Shown: positions 25,980 to 38,690 of the stretch, piece by piece
Numbering within the stretch: position 1 is the first letter of the stretch
Layout: each line of letters begins with the position of its first letter
Assembly (NCBI GenBank): GCA_011109175.1
Contig: RDEW01000037.1
Location: 345,600-409,599 of the forward strand
Source: Dicyema japonicum
Lineage: Eukaryota > Animalia > Dicyemida
Reading direction: 5' to 3'
DNA length: 64,000 nucleotides
Made by a program: the position numbers and the translations under genes
Notes under the pieces: generated by a model
The model's database searches: none
What the model saw: the letters and a program-made list of their open reading frames with translations, nothing else
What the model was told of the DNA's origin: nothing

Positions 25980-26620
25980 AAACAGTGGGGATTTTCAATA
26001 TTTACATTCCTAGCCGCTAATTGAACCATCGCGTTCGCTGGTGTCCCTGTGCATCGATTGCGTTTTTGATTTGACAACAACAGTTTCACCCAAAGGATCC
26101 GAAAGCGATTGGGAGAAAACATTATTACATCAAATAAACGACTATTTTCGTAGTTCTTTAAGATTATGAGAATCCGCAATCTATGTGTCAGATGCTCCCT
26201 ACAAAGCGATACGTGAACCGTATACGTACACCAAAGATTATCAGTTGGAGAACTGTAAGATGGTAAACCTATCATTGTTATCCCCACTTCATCACATAAA
26301 CGAAACCATCTCAAAAACTCACATGAAAATTTCATTTAAAGCATCGAGTCTTGGGAACCTTCTGTCGAATCTTATTGACAACAGGGGATGGGTTTCCTTA
26401 CGATTTACAATCCATACTACCAACATTCAAGATACTCACGGAACTGAAGTATCTCATTGAAACATTTTCTCATATCATCCTATGATCTTTGAGATCCATA
26501 AACCACAGAGATGTCAAAAACAAGTTACTCCAATGGTCTACGAATAATCCCCTGATGATGGAGTGACTGTCAGACACTATAGCAAACCCATGTCTATTGG
26601 GAAGAGACTAACTTAAACAT
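25980..26620 (+). CDS. Possible multi-exon gene of unknown function
   Basis: Open stretches joined by 21-25 nt GT-AG segments (PLIEPSRSLVSLC..WEKTLLHQINDYFQSAIYVSDAPYK). No homology recognised. Confidence 0.3.
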
Positions 26621-26672
26621 TTACGCAAATAAAAGATAAAAAGAAGATAACAAACCAAACAATTAAAAGATA

Positions 26673-27112
<440 letters not shown>

Positions 27113-27289
27113 TTATAAATTTGTTGTTTAAATATTTATTATTTACATAATTATTGTATAATTCAATTTTATTATTTAAAATATTTATAATAGTTACATA
27201 ATCGATTCAATGAAATATTCATAATAGTTACATAATCGATTAATAAATAAATAAATAATGAAATATTTATAATAATCACATAATCGTTC

Positions 27290-28130
27290 TATGTTGGCAA
27301 CATCGTCGAAATTACCTATGCGGACAACGTCGATCTTTGTCAGAAGACAAATCGGCCCTACTTCGAATCTTCGAGGTGGCACCTGCTGAACTGAACCGAT
27401 GGTTCCTTGGAATGAACATTTCAAAAACTGATATTGTGGAAATCAGGAGAATGGAAACCAGATCAAGTGAAAATGGCGAAAAACAAACAAACTTGGCCCT
27501 TTACTTGGAGACAGTCAAGATATTGCCAGAAGGAAGGCCCTCACTTGGGTAACGATGAACAAGTTGAAGAAAGAGTGGATTGGCAAACGACGATCCTGCA
27601 CATCACTTCGTTTGAGACTGTATGAAGCCTTTGTCAAGCAGATCCTAATGTACAATTCATCGACCTGGGGAACTTCCAAAATTGAACAACTTGGACTAGA
27701 CTCTTTCCATCGAAGACAACTTAGATCCCTACTAGGACTGAACTGACCACCAAGAATAAAAAAGGAATCGCTGTACAAGAGATGTTGCACGAGTCCACTG
27801 AGTCTCGAAATTGCTGATATGCGCTGGAGGCTATTTGGACATATCTTGCGTATGGACTTGAACTCTCCAGCAAACATAGCAATGGAGGACTACTTCATGA
27901 GACAGGGACCGTGTTTTCGTGAACGCCGGCGTATTACACTACCTGAAACACTTGACGGAGATCTAAAGCTCGTGAACAAACGTCTAAGAAGTGGGGACGA
28001 CCTGGACGAGTTGAGGAAACTCTCTTACGATCGAGGAGGTTAAAAGAAGTTGGTTCGGAGAATTGTTTTGAACGCTGCACAAGTAAAATTATAACTATCA
28101 TGATTTTACGAATGTTGCTTATAATAATAA
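27290..28130 (+). mobile_element. RTE-clade LINE 3' fragment (family R2)
   Basis: TYADNVDL, LRLRLYEAFVKQILMYNSSTW, DSFHRRQLR, RWRLFGHILR, (TAA)n tail. Confidence 0.8.
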
Positions 28131-28149
28131 TTCAATTTTATCTGAGTTC

Positions 28150-28345
28150 AATGTCAAGATGTTCTTGGGGGGAAGGTGGAGGCTGTTAGAACATGTACTT
28201 CGTCTGGACCTGGAGACCCCCGCATACGTAGCCGTGGAGGACTATTTTGTTTTGGATGCTCCGCGATTCCGGGGTCCTTCAAAGCCAACCCTTCCAACCT
28301 TCTTTGACGAAGATTTTTCTACGAGCTATAGAAACTCATAGAGTT
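28150..28345 (+). mobile_element. Short 3' fragment of the same RTE family
   Basis: RWRLLEHVLRLDLETPAYVAVEDYF..RFRGPSKPTLP. Confidence 0.7.
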
Positions 28346-28439
28346 TAGTATTCCTATTATAAAATTACTATGATGACTGCCTATCCCTTTGATTGAGTAT
28401 AAAAACCTTTTACGCTTTTGCCCAGTTCGGAGACCCCCA

Positions 28440-29230
28440 CTTAACAGAGTTTGTTATTCTTTTATTTGAGGTAAATATCATTGTAAATTACTTCTCAGAG
28501 GTTTTGAATAATAGGTCCCTCAAGCCGACTGCTCAGACGATCTATTAATCCTGTAATCGATAATCTGTAGTATAAACACTGTGGTCTTATGAGGCAATGA
28601 CTATATCATCAACATGCGTGAGAATCACTGTATCATCTCTGTTATTAGTAGACATATTGTTCATGAAGAAATAGTTAAAAATGAGTGACAGAGAGGATCC
28701 TTGTGGGATCATTTGGCATAAACTTAGTGAAAGATTTTGTACAAAGTGCTACTACCCTTCCTCTCCGTCCGTAAAAAAAGTCGGCAATCTATATTTTTAA
28801 TCGTTCACAATCTCTGAGACAAAGAATCCCTTATAAGTATCTTAGGACTTAAAATCCTTTTGTATTTCAAAAGAGCATAGCTTTGATGTCAAAATTTGGA
28901 TTGTGGGCCCTTTATAGTGAATTTTGTTAGAGATGTAAGGTGATTTGTCGTAGAGACCTTTCTTAAACTTATATTAGAAGGGTTTACTCTTTTCAAGGAT
29001 AAATCTTTTTTCGGGGACACACAAGAGAGATATCTGCACGTATAAGGCCGAACACTTTGATTTAAATCCCATCCGGTTCACGGAATAAGCTAACTTTTGT
29101 TCTTGAAGAGCTTTACCACATTTTCAGCATATCAAAAAACTTGAGGAACTTTATACTTTGTGTTTCTAATAATAATTAGATAACCACTCGAAAGACTTAT
29201 GGGGTAACTCCAACATAACTTAAAGTGCCA
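28440..29230 (-). mobile_element. Decayed LINE RT fragment
   Basis: SYPISLS, IPQGSSLS, ILTHVDDIVIAS. Confidence 0.5.
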
Positions 29231-31529
29231 CTTTACAGCATGACAATAGGTTTATTAGAAAGAGATTATAACCAGCATGTGCTTATTAAACATCATTATT
29301 TGAGTCATCAAGTACTGTGTGCTATTATATTTTCATATAATTTAGAATAGCTCAAGAAATTAACCAGTTTGTGGTTAGTCGGCCGAAAATTTCACACGGT
29401 GACGTAACTCAAGTGACTATGTAATAACTTTTCTACCCTTAATGTCTCCATCTCTTCGGAGTGAATATAACCCCTCATTCCCCTCTTAAAGAGCTAGGAG
29501 TCATCGGACATTGAAGCCCTGAAATATGGAAACAAAATTAAAAAAACCTGGACAAGTCCTTTTTAGAAGGAATAAAGTTGTTATTCTAGAATATTCTAAT
29601 AATTAATGGGATTAACAAATGAATCAATTTTTAAATCCGATTAATAATCCTGTTTGATGATTTTAATAATTATAAGCATAAAATTCTTGAGTACTGTTAC
29701 TCAAAATATCTTAATGGAGTACAGTAATTGATTTCTCTACAACATTATTAAAAGTAACTGTAATATAAAGAACAGTCAGTTGAAATACCATTAAAGCTTA
29801 ATCACAATTAAAAATTAAGTCTACGTATAGCAATAAAATTCTTGAGTACTGTTACTCAAAATATCTTAATGGAGTACAGTAATTGATTTCTCTACAACAT
29901 TATTAAAAGTAACTGTAATATAAAGAACAGTCAGTTGAAATACCATTAAAGCTTAATCACAATTAAAAATTAAGTCTACGTATATGCAAGTGTTATAGAC
30001 TGGTCAGTGTGGGACATTGATGAGAGAATAAATTTTACCTAATTTTTAGATTTTACCTACAAAAGTTTAACCAAAAAGAAATCATGGGAATGGAAGTACT
30101 AAGACACCATCTTGGGATGAGTTGAGACGTACCTCTATTGCACAGAGTATCTGATTAGCTTCATGATGGATGAAAGCCCTGGTATTTCCTCTTTTCGGAA
30201 GTCAAGACGAGGTGATGTCATCGGAAACCCAAAGTTCTAATCAAGGAAGCGTCAGATCCATGTTGGATCCGGGTTCGTCCAGCCAAAAATTGGAGGAGCT
30301 AGGATGTGCTAGTAATAGGAATGAAAGTACAAAGTGGAAATAAGAATTAAGTGATAATTATAGATCTTTGTAAATAATTTTGATTCTTGGTTTGATTATT
30401 CGCTCAAAATTTTTAGTGAGCATGTCGTGAGATGAGATCTTTAATAAATATGAGTTGCTACACAGATGCTTTTAATATCAGTGAGGACCACAAACTGCCA
30501 GACAAAATGAGTTCTATCAATGTTTGTAATTGTCTTCAAAAAGTGATCCTTTAATAAAAGAGAAAGGCAACTGCACATGGCTTCTCTGAAAGATTGGCAA
30601 TGGCGTTCCCTCTTAGAATATAATAGTTTTGTAGACAATTTAATTCAGACCTCAGACTGCCAACATAATTCGCCAACTTGTTCGCCACACTCAACTACGA
30701 GAATAAAAATGATACAACTTGCACACTGAGACCAAAATTATCACATGTTTTGGAGATGGGGCGGAGGAGATTAATCCATTGAATAATCTACTTAAGTAAA
30801 TCATGTAACATTCATTAAATCCTTAATTATCCCCCGAATTATGTTAATGACGGTGTCGTTGATTTCAATGACTCGTCGATTTGACGGAATCAGACCCTCA
30901 GAGAGTTTCCAAATGTAATGACCCTCTCCGTCATCGACAATATCCCCGCCAAATATTTCGATGGAGTCAAATTCTACAAGGTCACATACATCTTTAATCT
31001 CTTCAACCACTAAGGTTATATTGACCACAACATTTGGAATGGTTTTTTGAGTGATTTTTGCAATCAAGAACGTCAATCGATTGGGTTTGGTGGAAAAGCT
31101 CAGATATCTCAGACTTTATAGTCATTTTGGAAAAAAATTTCTAAAAATTTAAAAATTAATGAAACTTCAATTTTTCCCTCAATTACGGTTATTTTATCAC
31201 TGATTTTATGTTTAATTAGTTTTTCCACCTAAAATAAATATTTAGTAAAACTTTAGCACTCAGAGTACATAACTGAGTCATTCAAAAATTAATGAAACTT
31301 CAATTTTTCCCTCAATTACGGTTATTTTATCACTGATTTTATGTTTAATTAGTTTTTCCACCTAAAATAAATATTTAGTAAAACTTTAGCACTCAGAGTA
31401 CATAACTGAGTCATTCCAAAAGTTATTTTTAAATCTGATAATTTATTTTAAATTCGATTTTAAGATAAAAATTTTAATGTAAAAAATTAAATTCTATTAA
31501 ATTAATAGATTCTCAAAATTTTCGATTTT

Positions 31530-32305
31530 CACTATTTTTCCGCTAATTTCACTGACCAGTCAATAAGTGGGACCAAGGTCGTTGATGACAGTGAGATGTC
31601 GATAGAAGAAGGCTTATTGTTACGTCGAGTAGATGTTCTTGTATGGGATGCAGGATCGTTGAGTACACATAGACTGTGGAGGTCCTCAATTATCATCTTC
31701 CCTCTTTTGTCATAGGTTTGTCCTTTCAGCCACAGTGGGTGGTTCGTATTGAAATCACCACAGATAATCACATCTTTCAATGATGTGAGAGGAGTCAATC
31801 TGGAAGCACTGGAAGAGCAGGAACTCAACGGTGGGAGATTTGCGTTGGCAAGTATTATTGATAGTCTTGGATATCGTACTTTGGTAATCAAAAGTTCGAG
31901 ATTTCCATATCCTTTAAGCATACTGTAGGCACTGTTAGTTAAATCCTCAAACGGAATGCCGTTGCGAATAACTGTGAGAAGGCCCCCACCAAGTTTGCCA
32001 ATTCTGTCACGGCGAATTACTGTGAATCTCGAAAATACTGGTGTTGAACTCTCTGGAGAAAGCATAGACTCTAAAATTAGCAACAGATCGATGTGATGTT
32101 CTTTCACAAATGTCCGAAGTTCGAGTATCTTGTTCTTGATTCCATTTATGTTGAGTTGGACTATTCTGGCTGGTCCAGTGTTTGCCTCAACGTCTCCGCA
32201 GCGGCGCAGGCCTTCCTTATTGGTCACCAGTGAAGATAGGAAAAAGTGTGGTTCTTTTCTTCCAAATGCCACCACGTCGTCGGCGAGCCACATGACATTT
32301 TTTAA
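31530..32305 (-). mobile_element. 5' part of an Ingi-like LINE: structured 5' head, 2A-like motif, AP endonuclease
   Basis: 261-aa ORF: LRRCGDVEANTGP|ARIVQLNINGIKNK..LESML..RRDRIGKLGGGL..ANANLPP..ICGDFNTNHPLW..SSIDISL. Confidence 0.85.
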
Positions 32306-33149
32306 TATCGACTGCATATATTTTTATGAGATGATCCCTGATTTCGTGTTACTAGGGTCATTTGTTTAAAGGAAACATGTTGTTCTACGACTCCCCCAAT
32401 TGACAACTCGGAAGGAACAACTGATAGAATTTCTATAAAATTTTTATCAAACACCCGCTTAAAACATTTCCACCTTTTAAATAAATCTCTATTTTGACTA
32501 CTTTCATTAATAAACCATCAGTGACTCTAAGAACTCGTGGGAGCCCCCAACCCTCTCAGTTGAATGCTTGATGCCAACCGACAGTCTTATTGAAGTCAGG
32601 GTAACTAACTAAATTTTAATGAATACGCTAATTCTTGAGAGGTCTCGTTTTTATGACTCCCAAGGGAAGATTATTTCACGAAGGATGTAGATGTCTCTAG
32701 GTGTTCAAGAATTATATAAATAAGCTATCTATAGACAAAGGACTTGAGTCCAAGAAATCCATTGAAGAAATGGTAATTGAATATTAACATAAAATCATTG
32801 GGTTTTATTAAGAGTTTATTCTGCTTTTAATCTATTTGTGGAGGTTGGAAGTGGTAGTTCGAGAAAAGATGAATAAAATAGAAATAAGAGCAATAGCCTC
32901 AGGACGGAATATTAAGCTACTCACTGAGAGCTCTTAATCGATGCTTATGGTTCACCAAGTCAGCAGAAACCTATTCCACTACCACAAGACAGTCACTTCT
33001 AACCTCAATTTACTTGTAACATCACAGCCATCTGACTTATCTCTTTCAATTCTGTTAGTGACTGATTCACTTAAAGCTGATGAACCCTAGGGTCCCACGA
33101 ATTTTAATTAAAAAATCAATAAAATAAACGATTTGAGTATTATTTGCGT

Positions 33150-33540
33150 AATAATTTTATTGCAACGTGTTTTTCATCCCGGAGACTCGGCCTCCCTAAG
33201 GAGTATTCCCATTTTTTCCTGGTGTTCAGACTGTGTTCTGGCACATCTAAAATGGGGATGGGGTTCACGCGCACGAATCCTCTGCCAGTGGCATAAACCA
33301 TAGTTTCAATGCTTTTGGGAAGGATTTTTTAGCAAGATGACTTCCTCAATAGCTTCGCTGCCTTTGATTGAACGTTATAGATCTTGGTCAAGTTCGTTGA
33401 AGGAAGGTCTGTATCCACATCAGCACATCATAACTAATCGTAGGTTCGATGTACTGCTTGTAGAAGGTATCCAATCTAGGCATTTGGAGTCTCTTAAATA
33501 TCGCAGAAAAAACATTCATAAAGTTAATTTTCCTTTTAGA
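33150..33540 (-). mobile_element. LINE RT C-terminal fragment
   Basis: FYKQYIEPTISYDVLMW (LYK..IRP.IEY..W-like). Confidence 0.45.
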
Positions 33541-33589
33541 AGTCGTTACTATTTTTTCAACATGGTAAAGTTGTCGAAGGTAAGTTGAC

Positions 33590-34016
33590 TGTTTCACATA
33601 GAAGTAAGATGGCTTTCGAAAGGAAATGCATCAACAAGAGTAGTTGAGTTGTTTTTTTGAATGACCTTGAATATCAACATTTACCAGAAATGCTTAAATC
33701 TTTCAAATTTGAAACCAAAATTGTTTTTTCTAGCTTACAATTTCAATATTTTACGCTACTTAAATTTATCGATATAGATTAGTAATATAATTATTAGGCA
33801 AAAACGTATGCTCGATTCTTGTTGATAAAAAAATTGCAGAACCGCAGACGATATGCGCATGGCTCTCAGTTGCACTAAACCAGACATCCTAAAATTTATA
33901 AATATGGAAGATCAAAAGTTTATTTATATTTTAAACATTATATTAAATATAACAATATTAAATAAATTTGAATGTACAAACTAGGGGTCCCCTGACAAAA
34001 GGTTACGAAACACAGA
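33590..34016 (+). mobile_element. hAT (Charlie/Buster-like) transposase remnant with right end
   Basis: EVRWLSKGNASTRV, DDMRMALSCTKPDI, terminal ggggtcccctgacaaaaggttacgaaacacag. Confidence 0.6.
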
Positions 34017-34109
34017 CTTAAAGATACAAATAAAAGTGAGTCAAATAATCTTACAAAGAAACATAGAATAAAGACAAATATTCTAAAATCGTAAGAGAAA
34101 CATTCCGGA

Positions 34110-34911
34110 CTATTTACGAGCATAGTGAATGTTAAGTTTATGATCCCCCAATACTTGATACCCAGACAGTGAGTCCTTAGCAGCACTGGCGTACTGTTCA
34201 TTAGTGTATTCAACGAATGCTATGTCAGGACGATTTGGAATACGTCTCAGTTCCATAAACCCATTAAAACTAACAATCAGAACTCACATGACCTCTGAAA
34301 TAAACTACTAAGAGCCTCTTCTGTCAATTCTGATGGGAGACCATTAAGGAACAGAATATTGTTGGGAAGGTGGTTAGTCTCGTGGAGAGGCGCACGTGAT
34401 TCTTTAATTAAACAAATGATATTTACCTTGTTGAACAAATCCTTCTTGGATCTGAGGATAAGCAACCCCGAGTTCTCTAAATATTAATATAAAGAATACG
34501 AAGTCCCGTGAAGTTTCCTTCTTTTATTGGCGGGCATATTGTAGTCGGTTGCCTGTCTCTTCTCCTTCTGAACAAAAGTCCCATTCATTTTGGAAACAGA
34601 GTCTGACTCTGAGCGGGCGAAAGAGATTTTCTGAGGTAAGATAAATTAACAACCAATGGTTTGTCATAGAAAGGAAATCCTTGAAGTGCTGAGACTGCCT
34701 TTTTGGCACTTTCCGGATCTTTGAAGGATATGAAAGCCTGCCCCTTCATCTTGAGCGTCTTTATACACTTGACGTCAACAATCTCCCCATATTTGGTCAT
34801 CATGGAATAAAGAGATTTTTTTAAATCTGAATTTATGATTTGCATACTACCATCAACGTTTATCCTCTCATTCAAATTATTTAAATAAACTGTATGCACC
34901 ACATCAGACAT
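34110..34911 (-). CDS. SNRPA: U1A/U2B''/SNF two-RRM snRNP protein, five introns of 23-25 nt
   Basis: HTVYLNNLNERI..DLKKSLY..YGEIVDV..LKMKGQAFISF..LQGFPFYDKPLKISFARS ... PNNILFLNGLP..LFQSFNGFMELRRIPNRPDIAFVEY..LNIHYARK*. SNRPA versus SNRPB2 cannot be distinguished. Confidence 0.88.
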
Positions 34912-36551
34912 TATATTTGTATTTTATTCGAATATTTAAATTAAATAAATTCCGTATATTATTAAACACATATGGTCAATAATTAACTAAAATGAATTGG
35001 TTTAGTCTGTCTTAATTAATTTGCATCATCTTTGAGTCAGGACCATCCGCATTTTTAGGCTCTTCGTAATAAGTACCTTGGACCGTCATGGGCTGAGTTT
35101 TCCTCTCCTAGTTCAAACTCTTTGACAAACAATTACTACTATTGGTGTTATGTTTACACTATCATTCTGAATTAATCCCAATTCGCTTGCAAACAGGTCT
35201 TAGTTATGCAGCTTCTCCACTTCAACCTGTTTTAAAAATTCCTAAGAAGTGGTTCCTACTTCAATAGGATATTCTTTTTTATCATAAAAATATCTGGATT
35301 TTTATGTTTTACCCGTGTATCTGTTTGAAACCTATCTACCATTATGTCCACAATACTATTGATACAATAAACAGGATGTATTTGTTTTTATCCTTTTAGA
35401 CTTTTTGATTCTCAAATGGCGACAAAGTATAGCACTCACAACTTTATTACGTCACCGCATATAAGCNACCATTATGTCCACAATACTATTGATACAATAA
35501 ACAGGATGTATTTGTTTTTATCCTTTTTGATTTTCAAATGACGACAAAGTATAGCACTCACAACTTTATTACGTCACCGCATATAAGCACAGTTGAGCAT
35601 CCTTATACATAGGGTAGGCAGATGATCCATGATCTTTTTAGCCGTACCAAAAAGACTTGATCTCATCTTTTTAAAGAAAAGATTCCAATTTTGACCATGC
35701 AGTACATTGCTTCGAACTTTGGGCTATTGTTTCCATTAGTTAACCATTCCGTAGATCAATCAATGTCGACGTTTGTATTTTGAAAATAATTAAATAATTT
35801 TACTTTAATATTATCCATAAGATTTTTACATTTTTTAATATTTTTACATAAGTCGGAAGAGTTTTCCAATCTGTACTTGAATGTGATAAATCTTGAAATT
35901 GAGGCCATATGTGTTTAATTTACTTTCAAGATCCGCAAGACTCATGCTTTTCTGAGGCGCACAAAGGATTTCATTTCAAGGTCAGAATGAATTCGCTTTT
36001 GGGGAAATTGAATTTAAACATCTTCCAAAATTATACAGTCTTTGTTTGCAGGTTATAAATGCACTATCGATTAGAGTAGAACAAATTTCTAACTCAATGG
36101 CTTCAAACTTACGTGTTTCAATGCCTATCAGCCTGATAGTAATTTAATGAGAGTGCACACTCATTTATCACTTTAAACAAATGTATAGAATTTTATTGCC
36201 AATTTCTTTAATCTTTTTTACAGCAATTGTTTTCTATAGTATTCTCATCGGCAAGTCATCGAGAGGCAATTTTGGATGCTATAGCATTTTGATAAAAGAC
36301 ATTGTTCGAGATTATAACCATGCTGTCCACGATACGACAAAACAAAGATCATTTGAAATTTTTTTAATGTAAATCTTTCCAAAAAATATGAAAAAGGGAA
36401 ATAGAAGCGCTACTAGATTTTGATGGCCAAAATTAAAACGAAAAGTACTAGTACATTCTTCATTACCTCGAAAAAATTTAGAGAGACAAAAAACGAAGAA
36501 TTGCCTTGGAAAATATATCGAATTACGTGAAAATGTGAAAAACCGTAGAAG

Positions 36552-36755
36552 ATGGAAATACGACGAATTAAAAATGGTTATGAAATTTTAATACGCCATA
36601 ACGGGGACACAAACTCAGCTAATAGAAAATATCCCTTATACAACCAAATCTCAACGAAAAAATATACAGTAACAATACCGAAGGAGATGATGACAACTTC
36701 AGATGAAGATAAAGAAATTAACACCATACATATAAGTCGGGTCAAAAAGTTATAA
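36552..36755 (+). mobile_element. Possible Ty3/gypsy integrase C-terminal remnant
   Basis: Only TIHISRVKK (VHVNRLK-like) at the ORF end. Confidence 0.25.
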
Positions 36756-37377
36756 TAATTTTAATTCTTTTAATTTTTTTGATCTGTGTCTTTGAAAAAA
36801 TTGTATCAAACACACCGCAGCACAAATCTACTTTCATTAAGCTTTTATGAGCAAAATACTAAATGGAAAATTAGTTATAAAGGACAGGGAGTTAGAAAGG
36901 AAATATGTTATATTTTAATGCTGCTTCACGGATCCAAGGCCTTTGAGAATGGCGATTCGAAATAAAAAAATTTAAAACAATATTTTTTAATAATTTTTTT
37001 CTAAAAATAGCTTGGTCAACCATTTTTCGTGAATTTTTGAATAAAATGAGAGAACGCTACAATGATTTTGATGAGATGCTGGTTTGCAGGAAATCGCGAT
37101 CTCTAAAATAATCGTGAAAAATTAATTTAAAGAAAAAACTTCAGAAGTGTAATTTTTATTAACAATTATTAATATTTTTATAACCTCACAGCTGGACTGT
37201 GACATATAATATTTTAATTTTTAAATTATTTAAATATTCAAAAATTCCACAACACATCCTGGTTCTTAAGATTATGATTATAAATTTATAGCTATAAAAG
37301 TACATACTAAATTAGCTGTTAAATCATTAATGCCTTAATAAAATCAATTATTTTAATAGGTCAGCCAAAAGGAAGAG

Positions 37378-37560
37378 ACGTATTCATTACGAATTATGGC
37401 CGCGTGGCGCCATGTGATGCTATGTGGATAGTTGCTCGAAAAGTATTTTTCTTCCCTCCGATGGTGTCATTGAATCCACCTAACTGAGGAGACGCCCAAT
37501 TCCTGGCCTGCATCAAGAGGATCCAACTATTCTTTCTTTAGGAGGGAATGTCGTTACCTG
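37378..37560 (+). mobile_element. Diverged, internally deleted SINE A 5' part
   Basis: ggccgcgtggcgccatgtgatgct head, then ggtgtcattgaatccaccta..gacgcccaattcctggcctgcatcaagaggatc. Confidence 0.7.
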
Positions 37561-38329
37561 GAGACAAGATTTGGAACGCTGGAATGAGTCAGGATCAAAA
37601 AGTTAGTTATTTTGGTTATCCTTGGTCTTTGGAATAATTTTATTTTATTTCGAAGATTCCTTTATTTTCAGATGAGATGCCTTTCAGTTCTTGGTATGAC
37701 TTTGTTTTGGAATGACAAGCATGGACAGTCTTTGAATGTATTATGTCTTAATTTATCACATCAATTATATAGGTACTCAAGGGTAGGAGATAATACTTAA
37801 GAAGGAAAGACTGAGAATAATGTGTATCCTAAGGGAATTGGAGTACAAATTATTAGATTCAACTTAATAGATAATTTGTTGGTTGAGTGGTGGAAATCTC
37901 TCTAATAATATCTATGTCTTTATTGTACTCTCAGTATGTCTATTTTACCCGTTTACAATTGCAACTTTCAACGTCACAGAACTCGCTTCGAACAATAAAA
38001 AGGAGACCTTATTCAATATCGAAGAGAAAATTTACATGCAAAAAACTGGTAAAACGGATAGTGAAGAACACGACACAACACGAGAGTGTATTTAACTAAC
38101 TAATACTTATATTTGTAAGCAATATCAATTTGTATGTTTGATAGCTGATTTTGAGCGAAGCACCCAGCTAGTAATTTATCGACAAATATTAACGATTATT
38201 TATCCATCAGTTCTCAGAGGAGTAGTAATTTTCCCATTAATTAAATACAAGCTTAAGGAGAACAACGCTTAATTTAAGAAGGAAAGAACAGTTATGCTAT
38301 TTAAATGAGAAATGAGGCCAAAAAATTGA

Positions 38330-38450
38330 GTGTCGCCAGTGAGTCTCTAAAGACAATACAGTTCTGCAGTGATGAACCACACATGACGACCTCACTCTTT
38401 AATTGACGAAGCATCGTAGATGGGTCGAATTTTCATTTTGAAAGGACAGC
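38330..38450 (-). mobile_element. SINE-like family C, partial copy
   Basis: agacaat.cagtt..gcagtga...atgacg.cctca....agcatcgtagatg shared with 48925-49103. Confidence 0.6.
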
Positions 38451-38690
38451 ATCGAGATTTGAACAAGGAATATTATGGATTTTATGCAACACTTATAACA
38501 CCGCGTAAAATCAACTATTAATACGAGTTTTATATAATTTTGATGTTAATTAATAATATAATTATATTAAATTATTAAATAACTTATACTAAAATATAAT
38601 AAAAATAAAAGATTATTTATAAATTCTGTTCATTGTGCCTTTCTGATTGATTTTGTATGAACAAAGACTGACCGTGGAATTCATTCAAGA

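Noticed and set aside
33070-33100. CTGATGA followed by an accc/gggt hairpin
   Set aside because: No GAAA core after the stem
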